Shown piece after piece: positions 1 through 8,819 of a stretch of 64,000 nucleotides of DNA. Both the position numbers and the translations under genes were made by a program. The stretch covers positions 1-64,000 of IMG/VR virus record IMGVR_UViG_3300027759_000070; one strand, written 5' to 3'. Numbering within the stretch: the stretch's first letter is position 1; the number at the start of each line of letters is the position of its first letter. The notes below the pieces were generated by a model. The model was not told the DNA's origin and did not search any database. It saw nothing but the letters and a program-made list of their open reading frames with translations. The stretch is from a virus.

Positions 1-1
1 G

Positions 2-115
2 TTGGATGATCGTCAGGTTGATCGGAGCGGGATTGAGTACTGGCTCACTTACCTCAAGACTCACGAGGACGCTCACTCCCCTCGCTACTTCGCCATGATC
101 TTCGGGGCTGAGTAG
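2..115 (+). CDS. 3' end of a possible GC-rich hypothetical CDS (partial)
   Basis: Open frame ...LDDRQVDRSGIEYWLTYLKTHEDAHSPRYFAMIFGAE ends in TAG at 113-115 and is followed by a hairpin. Confidence 0.45.
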   Translation: MDDRQVDRSGIEYWLTYLKTHEDAHSPRYFAMIFGAE

Positions 116-140
116 CCCCCCCCCCCCTTCGGTCTGACTC

Positions 141-170
141 GACCCCCTCCAACTTCGGACGGGGGTCTTG
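141..170 (+). terminator. GC-rich hairpin, possible terminator
   Basis: GACCCCC-TCC...GGA-C-GGGGGTC stem followed by only a short TTGT tail. Confidence 0.4.
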
Positions 171-249
171 TCGTATACACATCATGCTTACGGCGCAAGC
201 CACCCCCTCTCCCCGCGAGCCACTAGGCTGCTCCCCGCCCGACACCTCC

Positions 250-278
250 AGTGTACCACACTGCGTTCTAATACACAA
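250..278 (-). promoter_or_regulatory. sigma70-like promoter pointing left
   Basis: Minus strand TTGTGT-N17-TACACT with TGTGG just before the -10, as in other promoters here. Confidence 0.5.
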
Positions 279-420
279 GCCCAATCTCACACCTTGAGGT
301 ATTTTAATGTTGCTGTATGCGTATAAAACATGATGAGGGGGGAGGGGGGGATGCCTAAAAATTTTTTTGGTATTTTTTGGAAGTTTTTCCTTAAAGAAAT
401 TTTTTATAATAAATACGATT

Positions 421-786
421 ATGATTACCTTTAAAGAATATTATCAAGTTAACGAACAAGTAAACTTAGATACTATTCAATCCGCTTTGGACATTGCTGG
501 ATTGGAGCCTACTATTGGGACTGGGGCTGATATAGCAAATACTATTATTTCTGGATTAAGAGCAGCATTTTCTAAAACTTCTGATGAAAGGAAGAAGCAT
601 ATCTTAAATGCGGCTATTAGTGGTGTTTCTATATTACCGTTTGGTGATATAGTAAAACTATTGAAACTTAGGAAGTCCAAGAAAGTAGCCAAGCTTGCAG
701 TTAAAGGTGCAAGAGGTTTAAAGACTTTAGCTAAGTCTAAACAATCAGCAGGTAATAGATTTGATAGTGAACCTATTCAGAAGTAG
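421..786 (+). CDS. Pre-toxin (PT-TG-like) domain protein with capsid-targeting-like leader
   Basis: Start reset to ATG 421 (TAAATA-N5-ATG); leader MITFKEYYQVNE; LDIAGLEPTIGTGADIAN...NAAISGVSILPFGD resembles pre-toxin helical hairpins. Confidence 0.55.
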   Translation: MITFKEYYQVNEQVNLDTIQSALDIAGLEPTIGTGADIANTIISGLRAAFSKTSDERKKHILNAAISGVSILPFGDIVKLLKLRKSKKVAKLAVKGARGLKTLAKSKQSAGNRFDSEPIQK

Positions 787-1489
787 ACTTCTTACTTAAT
801 AATTCGGCTCTCGTTGGTCTGAATTCTTTCTTAGGCATATTACCTCTAGAGAATAATTGCTTAGATCTCTGGAATGTTCCCTTTGGTACTGCTTCTTTAC
901 CTTTGGTAGCTAGTGTATCTCTTACTGCTCCGTATATCTTGTGTGCTTCGTTCTTGTGGGCTTCTAATCTTCGGGTCATTACCTGAAGTTCGCATTGAAT
1001 TCCGTTTACTACTAGTATAAGATGGTGTGAACCAAAGTATCCAAAATCTACATCAGATCCTCTTTCTTTTACTTCATGATTAAAAGTAGGAACCTTTCTT
1101 TTAACATCTTTTACAAAATTCTCTACCTGCTCTTGGTCATTGAAATATATGGTTGCTCTAACCAAATCATTCATTCCTGCTAATGTTCTAGATTTTCTAA
1201 TGATTACTTTGGACACAACGGATTTAAATGACTTCACTCCCCCAAAGTTTAAACTCATGGTCGAACTATTAATCCCCTTTGATTCAATATACTTTTCCAA
1301 TATCTTTCTATACTGTCTTGCTGTTTGTAGAAGCTTAGGCTGAACTTTACGATAAACATCTTTTAATTTCCTTATCAATACGTTCTGAGATACGGACCCG
1401 CTAGAATTTAATTTATCGAATTCTTTTACTTCGGGAAGCTTTGTGAGGTATAATTCAGAAGCTTGGTAATATTCTAGGAACGTAAACAT
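773..1489 (-). CDS. RelA/SpoT-like (small alarmone synthetase fold) nucleotidyltransferase
   Basis: Motifs VKSFKSVVSK, NDLVRATI, GYFGSHH, CELQVMT; no hydrolase domain; leader MFTFLEYYQASE. Confidence 0.75.
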   Translation of the reverse strand: MFTFLEYYQASELYLTKLPEVKEFDKLNSSGSVSQNVLIRKLKDVYRKVQPKLLQTARQYRKILEKYIESKGINSSTMSLNFGGVKSFKSVVSKVIIRKSRTLAGMNDLVRATIYFNDQEQVENFVKDVKRKVPTFNHEVKERGSDVDFGYFGSHHLILVVNGIQCELQVMTRRLEAHKNEAHKIYGAVRDTLATKGKEAVPKGTFQRSKQLFSRGNMPKKEFRPTRAELLSKKSTSE

Positions 1490-1521
1490 AATAATAGTTA
1501 TTCTTATATCTAAATAAAATT

Positions 1522-1950
1522 ATGATGTTGTTTAAAGAATTTTTCGATAAAGATAAAAATTCAAAAGTAAGTTATAGTGCAATTGTTCTTGATGACGAAT
1601 CTAGAAACTTATTATTATCCTCTCCTGAGATACTAAAATATTTAAATCCTAAACATCAGATCATTGCTCACCACATGACTATTAAGATGGGTGGTCTAGA
1701 AAATAGCGCATACAAGAACAAAGAAGGTACTAGGGAAACACTAACCGCAACTCATATTGGAATATCAAATGATGGTAATGTCATTGCGGTAAAGGTTGAT
1801 GGTCAAAGTGCAAATCAAATACCCCACATCACAATATCAATTAATCGTCACGAAAAAGCCAAACCGAAAGACAGTAATAATATTACCAACTGGAAACCTC
1901 TTAAGTCCCCTATTAGACTCACAGGGATTGTAGAGCAGATCAGACATTAG
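1522..1950 (+). CDS. 2H phosphoesterase
   Basis: Two HxT motifs (HHMTI, PHITIS); leader MMLFKEFF; TAAATA-N5-ATG. Confidence 0.75.
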   Translation: MMLFKEFFDKDKNSKVSYSAIVLDDESRNLLLSSPEILKYLNPKHQIIAHHMTIKMGGLENSAYKNKEGTRETLTATHIGISNDGNVIAVKVDGQSANQIPHITISINRHEKAKPKDSNNITNWKPLKSPIRLTGIVEQIRH

Positions 1951-2366
1951 TGTGCTGGTTCTTCGTCTACTATCTCTACTGGTATTTGTTTCCAGCCTGA
2001 TCTTTTTGCAATAGTAAACGTACTGTTCCCGTCCACTACTTTATAATAACCATTATTTATTTCCTTTACCGATATGGGTTGTCTGGAACTCATACCATTA
2101 TCATCATGATTGGCTTTTGTAAACATAACAATTAGTGCATGTCTAATACCAGATTCTCTTGCACGCATGTTTTGTAGTTTATCTACATCCATCATTACTA
2201 AATTAGGATAATCCATCTTAAAATATAATTCGGGTTCTTCTGGTAGGGGCAACATTTCCTCATCTGATAGATGTTCGTACTTTGCTAAAAGATCTTCATA
2301 TACATTTTCATTTGGGTACAGATTTGTATATATTTCTTGTAGTAATTTTAATTCGGATCTTTGCAT
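1947..2366 (-). CDS. ParB/Srx-like domain protein
   Basis: QPISVKEINNGYYKVVDGNSTFTIAKRSGWKQIPVEIV matches the ParB N-terminal core. Confidence 0.6.
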   Translation of the reverse strand: MQRSELKLLQEIYTNLYPNENVYEDLLAKYEHLSDEEMLPLPEEPELYFKMDYPNLVMMDVDKLQNMRARESGIRHALIVMFTKANHDDNGMSSRQPISVKEINNGYYKVVDGNSTFTIAKRSGWKQIPVEIVDEEPAH

Positions 2367-2368
2367 AA

Positions 2369-3067
2369 CTATCTTTTAAATGTTAATTTAGATCCAGCAA
2401 CCTGTAACACTTCTTCCCAAGGAATACGGGTAATCGCATCCATCTTCCCTCTTTGATGTGATGGTCTTCTGAAAATCTTGGGGAAGATTGCTTCTGCTGG
2501 ATTTTCTACCATTGGGAAATACTTGGAAGTATTGGGTCCGTCTATTAGATTCATAATATCAAATAATTTTCCACTTGGTATCACCTGAGTTAATTTCTTC
2601 TGTATTAGATCTCTTAGTCCATGTGTTCTTACGAATTGAAGATGATCCCCCTGCTGGAATGAGATGTAGTTGCCTTGGGCGAATAACCAACCTTTATAGT
2701 ATCCCTCATTTATAAGTTCTACCAAAAGATTTCCGTTTATTACCTTGTTACCTTTTGTTTCTACGGAACCAGAGTTTCTTCCTGCTCTTACATTTTCGGG
2801 TAAGTCCATCCATGCAGGAACTAACTTACCTGCCTTGTCTTTCTTTCCTTCAAAAACAAAAAAGTCTATTCCTGCCTTTTCTTGTTCCTTTGAGGCGGTA
2901 TTTACGATGTACCCATTTTCTTCCATGATACCACGGAATTCGTCTTCGGTCCTTTGACCTTTATTCTGACGATGCTGGTGTTGTTGTACAGTTTCTCCTT
3001 CTCTTTGTTTAGAAGCCTGTGCTTCTAATAGAAGAGCCTCAACTAGTAAATCAAATTTAAATTTCAT
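2369..3067 (-). CDS. PD-(D/E)XK-like nuclease fold protein
   Basis: GQRTEDEF...GIDFFV...SVETKG...LLVEL...GWLF. Confidence 0.55.
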   Translation of the reverse strand: MKFKFDLLVEALLLEAQASKQREGETVQQHQHRQNKGQRTEDEFRGIMEENGYIVNTASKEQEKAGIDFFVFEGKKDKAGKLVPAWMDLPENVRAGRNSGSVETKGNKVINGNLLVELINEGYYKGWLFAQGNYISFQQGDHLQFVRTHGLRDLIQKKLTQVIPSGKLFDIMNLIDGPNTSKYFPMVENPAEAIFPKIFRRPSHQRGKMDAITRIPWEEVLQVAGSKLTFKR

Positions 3068-3068
3068 A

Positions 3069-3536
3069 CTAGGCAGTAAGGTATGCTACGACTTCATACA
3101 TGGGACGATCATATTGCATTTCGTCCTGTCCTTCTCTTCCCTGCCATGCGGCAGTCACATGGATTCTATAGTAATCCGATACCAAAGGATGCTCTACATA
3201 AGGATCGCTATTTTTTTCATCTTTCTTTCTAAGTCTCAACAAGCGGAACTCTGGTCCTGCTCCTGCACTGGTTCCATAACTTCCTCTGAATCCATCAACA
3301 GGAGTATCTAATTCAAAACCAACACTTGCCAATACCTCAGACAAAGGTCGAATGAAATCATTGGGACGAAATACTTTGGTAATACCCTTTAAGATATTAT
3401 TTGAATGTATTGCATTTTGGATTTGTTTTACTTCTCTGGGGCTTAAACGAACTCCATCTTCATGATGGGATTTTTTAAAGTTTTCGTTTACCTTAGAGTA
3501 TACTTCTTGTAAAAGTTCAAATTCGGATCTTTGCAT
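3069..3536 (-). CDS. Hypothetical protein with leader MQRSEFELLQEVY
   Basis: ORF 155 aa; TAAATA-N5-ATG. Confidence 0.7.
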   Translation of the reverse strand: MQRSEFELLQEVYSKVNENFKKSHHEDGVRLSPREVKQIQNAIHSNNILKGITKVFRPNDFIRPLSEVLASVGFELDTPVDGFRGSYGTSAGAGPEFRLLRLRKKDEKNSDPYVEHPLVSDYYRIHVTAAWQGREGQDEMQYDRPMYEVVAYLTA

Positions 3537-3544
3537 AAATTTAT

Positions 3545-5182
3545 TTAGTCTAAAGTTGGTTTAGCTAATTTCTTTCTCTTAATTCCTTTTGGAGGAGTTC
3601 CGTGAACATAGAGGTAGGTTCCTAGAACGTCCTTACGGGTGGCGGGAACGTCCGCTTCACCGGGCAGTACAATGACAATATACTGATTCGGTTGTCCCTG
3701 TGGAGTATTAAACATTTCATCCATGCTTAATATATTTGCAGGATTTAATTTAAACTCTTTTGCCATTGCTTGCTTGAATTCTTGTAGTGCCTGTGAACTA
3801 TTATACTTCCACTTATCTTCTACTAAATTTTGTGCATCTTTCAATTCTGCTGGTCTGAGTTTTAATGATCTGTTGTTATGAACCACGTTATCATGTTCCG
3901 ATGGTAATAACAATACAACATAACCAGAATAACCAGCAGGATTACTTTGATATTCATCATAGGTTAAAAATTTGTCGGCATTTACTTTGAATAAGTTTGC
4001 CATTAAATTTTTAAATTGTATGATTTGTTTTGGTCCCTTGTATGTATATTCTTTATGAATCAAGTCATGCAAGACTACCCCAGAATTCAATACTCTGGGT
4101 ATAATGTCTGAATGCTTATCAGCATATCTATCAATTAGATTATCTTGTCTACCTTCAAAAGAAAAGTTCCAAATAAAATTATCAGGAATGTTTGTCATAC
4201 CCTTCACCAACTTTACTTCCTTGGTGTATGCATAGAACAATATATTAGGCATAGAACGAGCAGTGTCCATTGCCATTTGGATATATTTCTCTGATATCAT
4301 ATCCCCCGAATCATTGAAACGAATTACGGTCTTTACATTATTACGATCATTTTCTCTCTTGTAACCGATAATCTCCCAATGTAATTGATCCTTATAACCC
4401 TCATAATCATTCATCAAGTAATTAAGAATCCTTGTTTGTCTTAGCGTAGGTCCGCTTTGTACCAAGTAATTTCCCAACATTGCATAACAAACTTTCATAC
4501 ATTGTCCTGCATGAGGACATGTTGTTACAATTAAAAATTCTCCTGTTGATTCGTTTACAACCAAACCTCTTAATGCGGGTAATGTAGTATTATAATATAT
4601 CGCATCACTACCAGCAGACTTCATCATTTTACCATTAGTAGCAAGAAGATCGTCTGGTCTTTGCATGATCATCTTTTTGAATTCATCAACATCTATTAAA
4701 TCTACGGGATTATTGTTTGCATCGGTTAAAACTACTGCCTTGATTTCGTCAATTCGTTTTTCTCTGTTCTTATGTTTTAAGAACGGTGCTTCGACTTCGG
4801 GCTTTATTGGTATATTACTTGCATGTACTAAAGGCTTTTTATATTTGGCATTTGGATTTCTTTTAAGTTCTGCTTGTGCTTGGGGACTATCAAATACACG
4901 ATCTGCCAAGAATTTTTTTAAATTATCTACACTTATTGGATTTGCACTTGCCTGAATTTCGTTAAACTTGCTAGGATCGTTTGCATCTTGATCATAGACC
5001 TCTTCGTCCTCGTTTTCTGGCTGCATACTCTGTACATTTTCTTTATCATCAAATAAAGATTCTGCTGGTTCGATTAAACTAATAAAACCCGGAGGCATGT
5101 TCATACCCTTCGTCGGACCCATCGTTTTTTCTAAAATAACCCTATATGCCTTTTCCAAAAGTAAAGAATCTTTGTCAACCAT
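3545..5182 (-). CDS. Gp88-like protein (Cys triad, radical-SAM-like)
   Basis: TCPHAGQCMKVCYA, IRFNDSGD, FYAYTK; internal duplicated C-terminal segment. Confidence 0.6.
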   Translation of the reverse strand: MVDKDSLLLEKAYRVILEKTMGPTKGMNMPPGFISLIEPAESLFDDKENVQSMQPENEDEEVYDQDANDPSKFNEIQASANPISVDNLKKFLADRVFDSPQAQAELKRNPNAKYKKPLVHASNIPIKPEVEAPFLKHKNREKRIDEIKAVVLTDANNNPVDLIDVDEFKKMIMQRPDDLLATNGKMMKSAGSDAIYYNTTLPALRGLVVNESTGEFLIVTTCPHAGQCMKVCYAMLGNYLVQSGPTLRQTRILNYLMNDYEGYKDQLHWEIIGYKRENDRNNVKTVIRFNDSGDMISEKYIQMAMDTARSMPNILFYAYTKEVKLVKGMTNIPDNFIWNFSFEGRQDNLIDRYADKHSDIIPRVLNSGVVLHDLIHKEYTYKGPKQIIQFKNLMANLFKVNADKFLTYDEYQSNPAGYSGYVVLLLPSEHDNVVHNNRSLKLRPAELKDAQNLVEDKWKYNSSQALQEFKQAMAKEFKLNPANILSMDEMFNTPQGQPNQYIVIVLPGEADVPATRKDVLGTYLYVHGTPPKGIKRKKLAKPTLD

Positions 5183-5239
5183 AGAGTTATTTATTTATTC
5201 TGCTATATATTTAAATAGAAAGGTAAAATAAATAAAGTA

Positions 5240-6469
5240 ATGGATGACATATTAGCAAAACACTTGACCAGTACTCTTTTGCTATTAAAAAATGACGAAA
5301 AAAATAAAACCACTGTAGATGAAACAATAATACCTTATTATTCTTATAAGATAATTGATAATTTATTTCATGTAAAAACAGATGGCAATACCATTGTGTC
5401 CGAAAATAAAGGTTACTGGAGAGATAAACCTATACTAGAATACAATAATAATAAATATGTTTTACTAGAATCATCTAGTAATATAGTAAGAATTGACAAT
5501 TTAGGGATAACCTCCGAGAGTATTACTCCCTATATAATGGATACAAAGAATAAGGAAGAACAGATTAGTAGTAATTTGTTAAAATCCATTAAGAATATTA
5601 TAACAACAAGTAAACCTCTTGTCAAACAAAAAGAGAAACCAATTGTTAAAAAGCCTAAAATTGTTAAAAATGAATTAACTCCTTCTGAACCAGAAATAAA
5701 GGCAGTAGTAAATACTAATCCTGTTTCTGATTTGACGGCAATAAAGAACATAATGGAACCATTGGATTCTAATATTACTCAAGAATTAGAACAACAACCT
5801 AAACCAGAGATTCCAAGTCCAGAAGAAATTGTTAAAAATGTCAACGAAATATCCCCTAAAAAAACGACTGATAAAAATTCGGTTATTTCTCACTATGTAA
5901 ATACACTCAAAAAGTCAGATCAACAGACAAAAGTAGAACCAAAACCAGAAGAAAGTACAGTTAATTACATAGATAATGGTAAGCCTAAGTCAATTGAAGA
6001 AGAATTATTCACCCTTCTAGATGCTAAAAAAGACGATCCTAGAATTAAACGTCTCTTTAGTCACTATACAGAACAAACTAAAAAGGAAGTTCATGAGATT
6101 AATGAGAAATATGCTAAACAATACTTGGCTAAATTGCTCGAAAACAGTGGTGGTGGAGGTACAAGCAACAGTGCCGTAGACTATTCCAAGGGGGGAATCA
6201 TCGATGGTGCCCTTACTATCACCTCTACTTTATCTGTTGGAGGGATGATTTATGGTATAATAGATAATAAACGTGTTTTTAATATCGGTAATACCACAGA
6301 TACCGATTATGTTTTAGACCATAACTTCAATACCAAAGATTTAATTGTTAATGTTTATGATGTGAATGATGAAATCGTATTAACCTCTATCAAAAACATT
6401 AACAATAATCAAACCTTAATATCTTTTAGTGAGCCTATAGAAAATATTAAGGTTGTTATTATGAGATAA
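5240..6469 (+). CDS. Putative virion structural/fibre-like protein
   Basis: SGGGG hinge followed by HNFNTKDLIVNVYD fibre-type module; late promoter. Confidence 0.5.
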   Translation: MDDILAKHLTSTLLLLKNDEKNKTTVDETIIPYYSYKIIDNLFHVKTDGNTIVSENKGYWRDKPILEYNNNKYVLLESSSNIVRIDNLGITSESITPYIMDTKNKEEQISSNLLKSIKNIITTSKPLVKQKEKPIVKKPKIVKNELTPSEPEIKAVVNTNPVSDLTAIKNIMEPLDSNITQELEQQPKPEIPSPEEIVKNVNEISPKKTTDKNSVISHYVNTLKKSDQQTKVEPKPEESTVNYIDNGKPKSIEEELFTLLDAKKDDPRIKRLFSHYTEQTKKEVHEINEKYAKQYLAKLLENSGGGGTSNSAVDYSKGGIIDGALTITSTLSVGGMIYGIIDNKRVFNIGNTTDTDYVLDHNFNTKDLIVNVYDVNDEIVLTSIKNINNNQTLISFSEPIENIKVVIMR

Positions 6470-6470
6470 A

Positions 6471-6764
6471 CTACATTACAGTAGTTCCGTAGTATTGAGT
6501 ACGAAGATATAATTTACTTCCACTAGTTCCTTTTGCACTTAAAGAACTTAAATTAGTCAATCCACAAAATACAAACTCATCATTTGCACTTAAAAGATAA
6601 CCTACTGTAGGGTTTGCAGGATCAAATATTTCTGCTGTACTTGTTCTTGGTCTTACGCTTACTTGGGAACACTCTTGATTAAGAGCAGACAATGTTTCTA
6701 TACTAGAAGAACCAAAAGTATAAACAAAAGTTTTACAAAAATTACGATTTACAAAATTAGGCAT
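6471..6764 (-). CDS. Hypothetical late protein
   Basis: ORF 97 aa; TAAATA-N5-ATG. Confidence 0.65.
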   Translation of the reverse strand: MPNFVNRNFCKTFVYTFGSSSIETLSALNQECSQVSVRPRTSTAEIFDPANPTVGYLLSANDEFVFCGLTNLSSLSAKGTSGSKLYLRTQYYGTTVM

Positions 6765-6776
6765 AAGAATATTTAG

Positions 6777-6804
6777 TTGACACTTGAAAAAAATGTGATA
6801 TCAT
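6777..6804 (+). promoter_or_regulatory. sigma70-like promoter
   Basis: TTGACA-N16-TATCAT with TGTGA before the -10. Confidence 0.6.
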
Positions 6805-6819
6805 TGTAAATAAAAATAT

Positions 6820-7011
6820 ATGGACATTACTAATCATATCAAACAAAGAATGAAATTCACCCTTTGTGGAAACAAAACATGCTGTCCCGTACTCACAGAA
6901 GTAGACGATAATAAGTTTACCTTGACTGATGATTATGAAGGTGAAGTCGTCTTGACAAAAGACGAACTTCATATTTTAAAGAAGTTCCTTGTTGAAAATT
7001 TGAAGGACTAA
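6820..7011 (+). CDS. Small hypothetical protein (Cys cluster)
   Basis: ORF 63 aa, LCGNKTCCP; downstream of promoter and coupled to next gene. Confidence 0.6.
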   Translation: MDITNHIKQRMKFTLCGNKTCCPVLTEVDDNKFTLTDDYEGEVVLTKDELHILKKFLVENLKD

Positions 7012-7352
7012 TGATCTGGCATTATTGGTCTGCTGGAGTTGGTATTTGTTTGATACTCAAGTACGGCTCCATCTTAGAAGCATTTAGACAAAAAACTTCA
7101 CAAGTATTCTCTCCACTTGCGAAGTTGTATAAGTGTTGTTTGTGTATGGGATTTTGGGTAGGACTGTTATTAGTTCCCTTCTTGTACATAATTGAGGGAT
7201 ATGGTATAGAAGCATTTCTATTGCCATTTAGTATATCGTTTCTAGGATTTCTTTTTGATAGTATTATTGTCGCATTACATGCGGTGAATAACTACTTGTC
7301 TTCTGATTCTGAATCTGAATCATCTTCCGAATCATCTTCTCCCAATAAGTGA
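7011..7352 (+). CDS. Membrane protein, DUF1360-like
   Basis: Hydrophobic helices around LYKCCLCMGFWVG. Confidence 0.55.
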   Translation: MIWHYWSAGVGICLILKYGSILEAFRQKTSQVFSPLAKLYKCCLCMGFWVGLLLVPFLYIIEGYGIEAFLLPFSISFLGFLFDSIIVALHAVNNYLSSDSESESSSESSSPNK

Positions 7353-7666
7353 GATAGTAGTTCGGAAAATATATATTTGGTTTTTTCGTCCCATGTTCCT
7401 TCATCAATTTCTTTCTTGAAGAAGGAAATCAATAGTTGAGCTTTTGCAGAATTTGGTAATTCTCCATCCCCTTTAGGAAATGCCAGTCTGTCTCCAAATT
7501 GAGCCATATCGCTATCACTTGCATGGGTTGGTCCGTGACCCGGTCCCATCATGGATGCAGTAGTTTGATATGAATTCTTGGAATCCATTTCTGGACTATT
7601 CGTAAATTCACGAAGCACTACTTTCTTTTTATATAAATCTCCCATTTGGTAGAAACTAATATCCAT
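7292..7666 (-). CDS. Hypothetical late protein, acidic C-terminus
   Basis: ORF 124 aa; TAAATA-N5-ATG. Confidence 0.65.
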   Translation of the reverse strand: MDISFYQMGDLYKKKVVLREFTNSPEMDSKNSYQTTASMMGPGHGPTHASDSDMAQFGDRLAFPKGDGELPNSAKAQLLISFFKKEIDEGTWDEKTKYIFSELLSHLLGEDDSEDDSDSESEDK

Positions 7667-7670
7667 GTGT

Positions 7671-7686
7671 TTATTTAGCTAAATAA
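7671..7686. promoter_or_regulatory. Palindromic back-to-back late promoters
   Basis: Perfect palindrome TTATTTAGCTAAATAA gives TAAATA-N5-ATG on both strands. Confidence 0.7.
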
Positions 7687-7690
7687 CTTC

Positions 7691-7906
7691 ATGAAGTTTG
7701 ATGATTTGGTTAATATGTTTTTGGAAGAGTTCAATACTCCGTTTTCTCCAAAAGCAACAAGCGGCAACACATGGTTCAGAGGTAAACCCGCAGGATTCAT
7801 GGGAGACGATGGAAGAGCAGGAGTAAATGGACTCCTCCCTCAAGAAATGTTTCCACAGAAGAGAAATAAAAAACCAAAGAATAAATATAAAAATGATAAA
7901 GTTTAA
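7691..7906 (+). CDS. Small hypothetical protein with leader MKFDDLVNMFLEE
   Basis: ORF 71 aa; late promoter. Confidence 0.65.
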   Translation: MKFDDLVNMFLEEFNTPFSPKATSGNTWFRGKPAGFMGDDGRAGVNGLLPQEMFPQKRNKKPKNKYKNDKV

Positions 7907-8819
7907 AGAGTATTTTTTTTTAAAAGAAGATCCTGATTATGTTGATATCAACAACGAAGATCTTAGAGTCTCCGTTGAGTATGATTTTGATGATAATAGT
8001 ATTTTTGGTTTTGGATTTTTAAATACGGATGTAGTATTTAAAGATGTAAAGCCTTTCGAGGAAATGAAAGATCTTCATAGTGAATTGGCAATGGGTCGAG
8101 GTTTATCACATGGATTAATAAAGAAACAATTCTTTTTAAATTTGAAACAAGGTATTGTAAATACCCATGATTCCGAGAATAGATTAATCAAATACGATTT
8201 ATCCGATCCATTACAACATAAAAAGTTTATGGATACTCCATTGATGAGACAAGTAAATGCTCGTATTATGTTTTCTCCATCAGGAAGAATTTGGACAAAG
8301 GCAATAAACGAAGTGGATAATAAACCAATAGTTCTTATTTCATTCTGGGCATTTAAAAATAAAGAAAAGAATAAAGATAATGATCCTACATCTTTTGGTA
8401 GTGGTGGAATGTTTTGTCCAAATGGGTACGAGATAACTGCTACACATATTAAACGTGTATTGAATAAAGCAGGTGTACCAAGAGATCAATGGAATGATGC
8501 GTATTTGGAATTTTTAGAAGATCAATATGAAGGATCTCGTGCTAAAAGAATAACTCTTAGGGAATTCATAGGTCAAAAGCCACCAGAACAACCTGTACAA
8601 AAAACCAAAGAAGAAGAAGAAAAAGAACAAGAGATCGTTAAACAAGCCAAGGAAAAAATAAAGATTGGCGCACACGGAAACAGATTAAATCCTAACTTTG
8701 GTTCTCCTATGCAGGCTAAGAAAGCAGAGCAAGCAGGGGTTAATTCATACGCAGAATACAATGCAAAACGAAACCCCTACGGTGAATCAGTTGATTCGCA
8801 TAAAAAACGAAAATTATAA
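7893..8819 (+). CDS. Hypothetical protein with leader MIKFKEYFFLKE
   Basis: Start reset to ATG 7893 (TAAATA-N5-ATG). Confidence 0.7.
   Translation: MIKFKEYFFLKEDPDYVDINNEDLRVSVEYDFDDNSIFGFGFLNTDVVFKDVKPFEEMKDLHSELAMGRGLSHGLIKKQFFLNLKQGIVNTHDSENRLIKYDLSDPLQHKKFMDTPLMRQVNARIMFSPSGRIWTKAINEVDNKPIVLISFWAFKNKEKNKDNDPTSFGSGGMFCPNGYEITATHIKRVLNKAGVPRDQWNDAYLEFLEDQYEGSRAKRITLREFIGQKPPEQPVQKTKEEEEKEQEIVKQAKEKIKIGAHGNRLNPNFGSPMQAKKAEQAGVNSYAEYNAKRNPYGESVDSHKKRKL

Noticed and set aside
54-290. 78-aa minus-strand ORF in the GC-rich left end
   Set aside because: Low-complexity translation crosses a hairpin and a C12 run and overlaps a more protein-like plus-strand frame; probably non-coding
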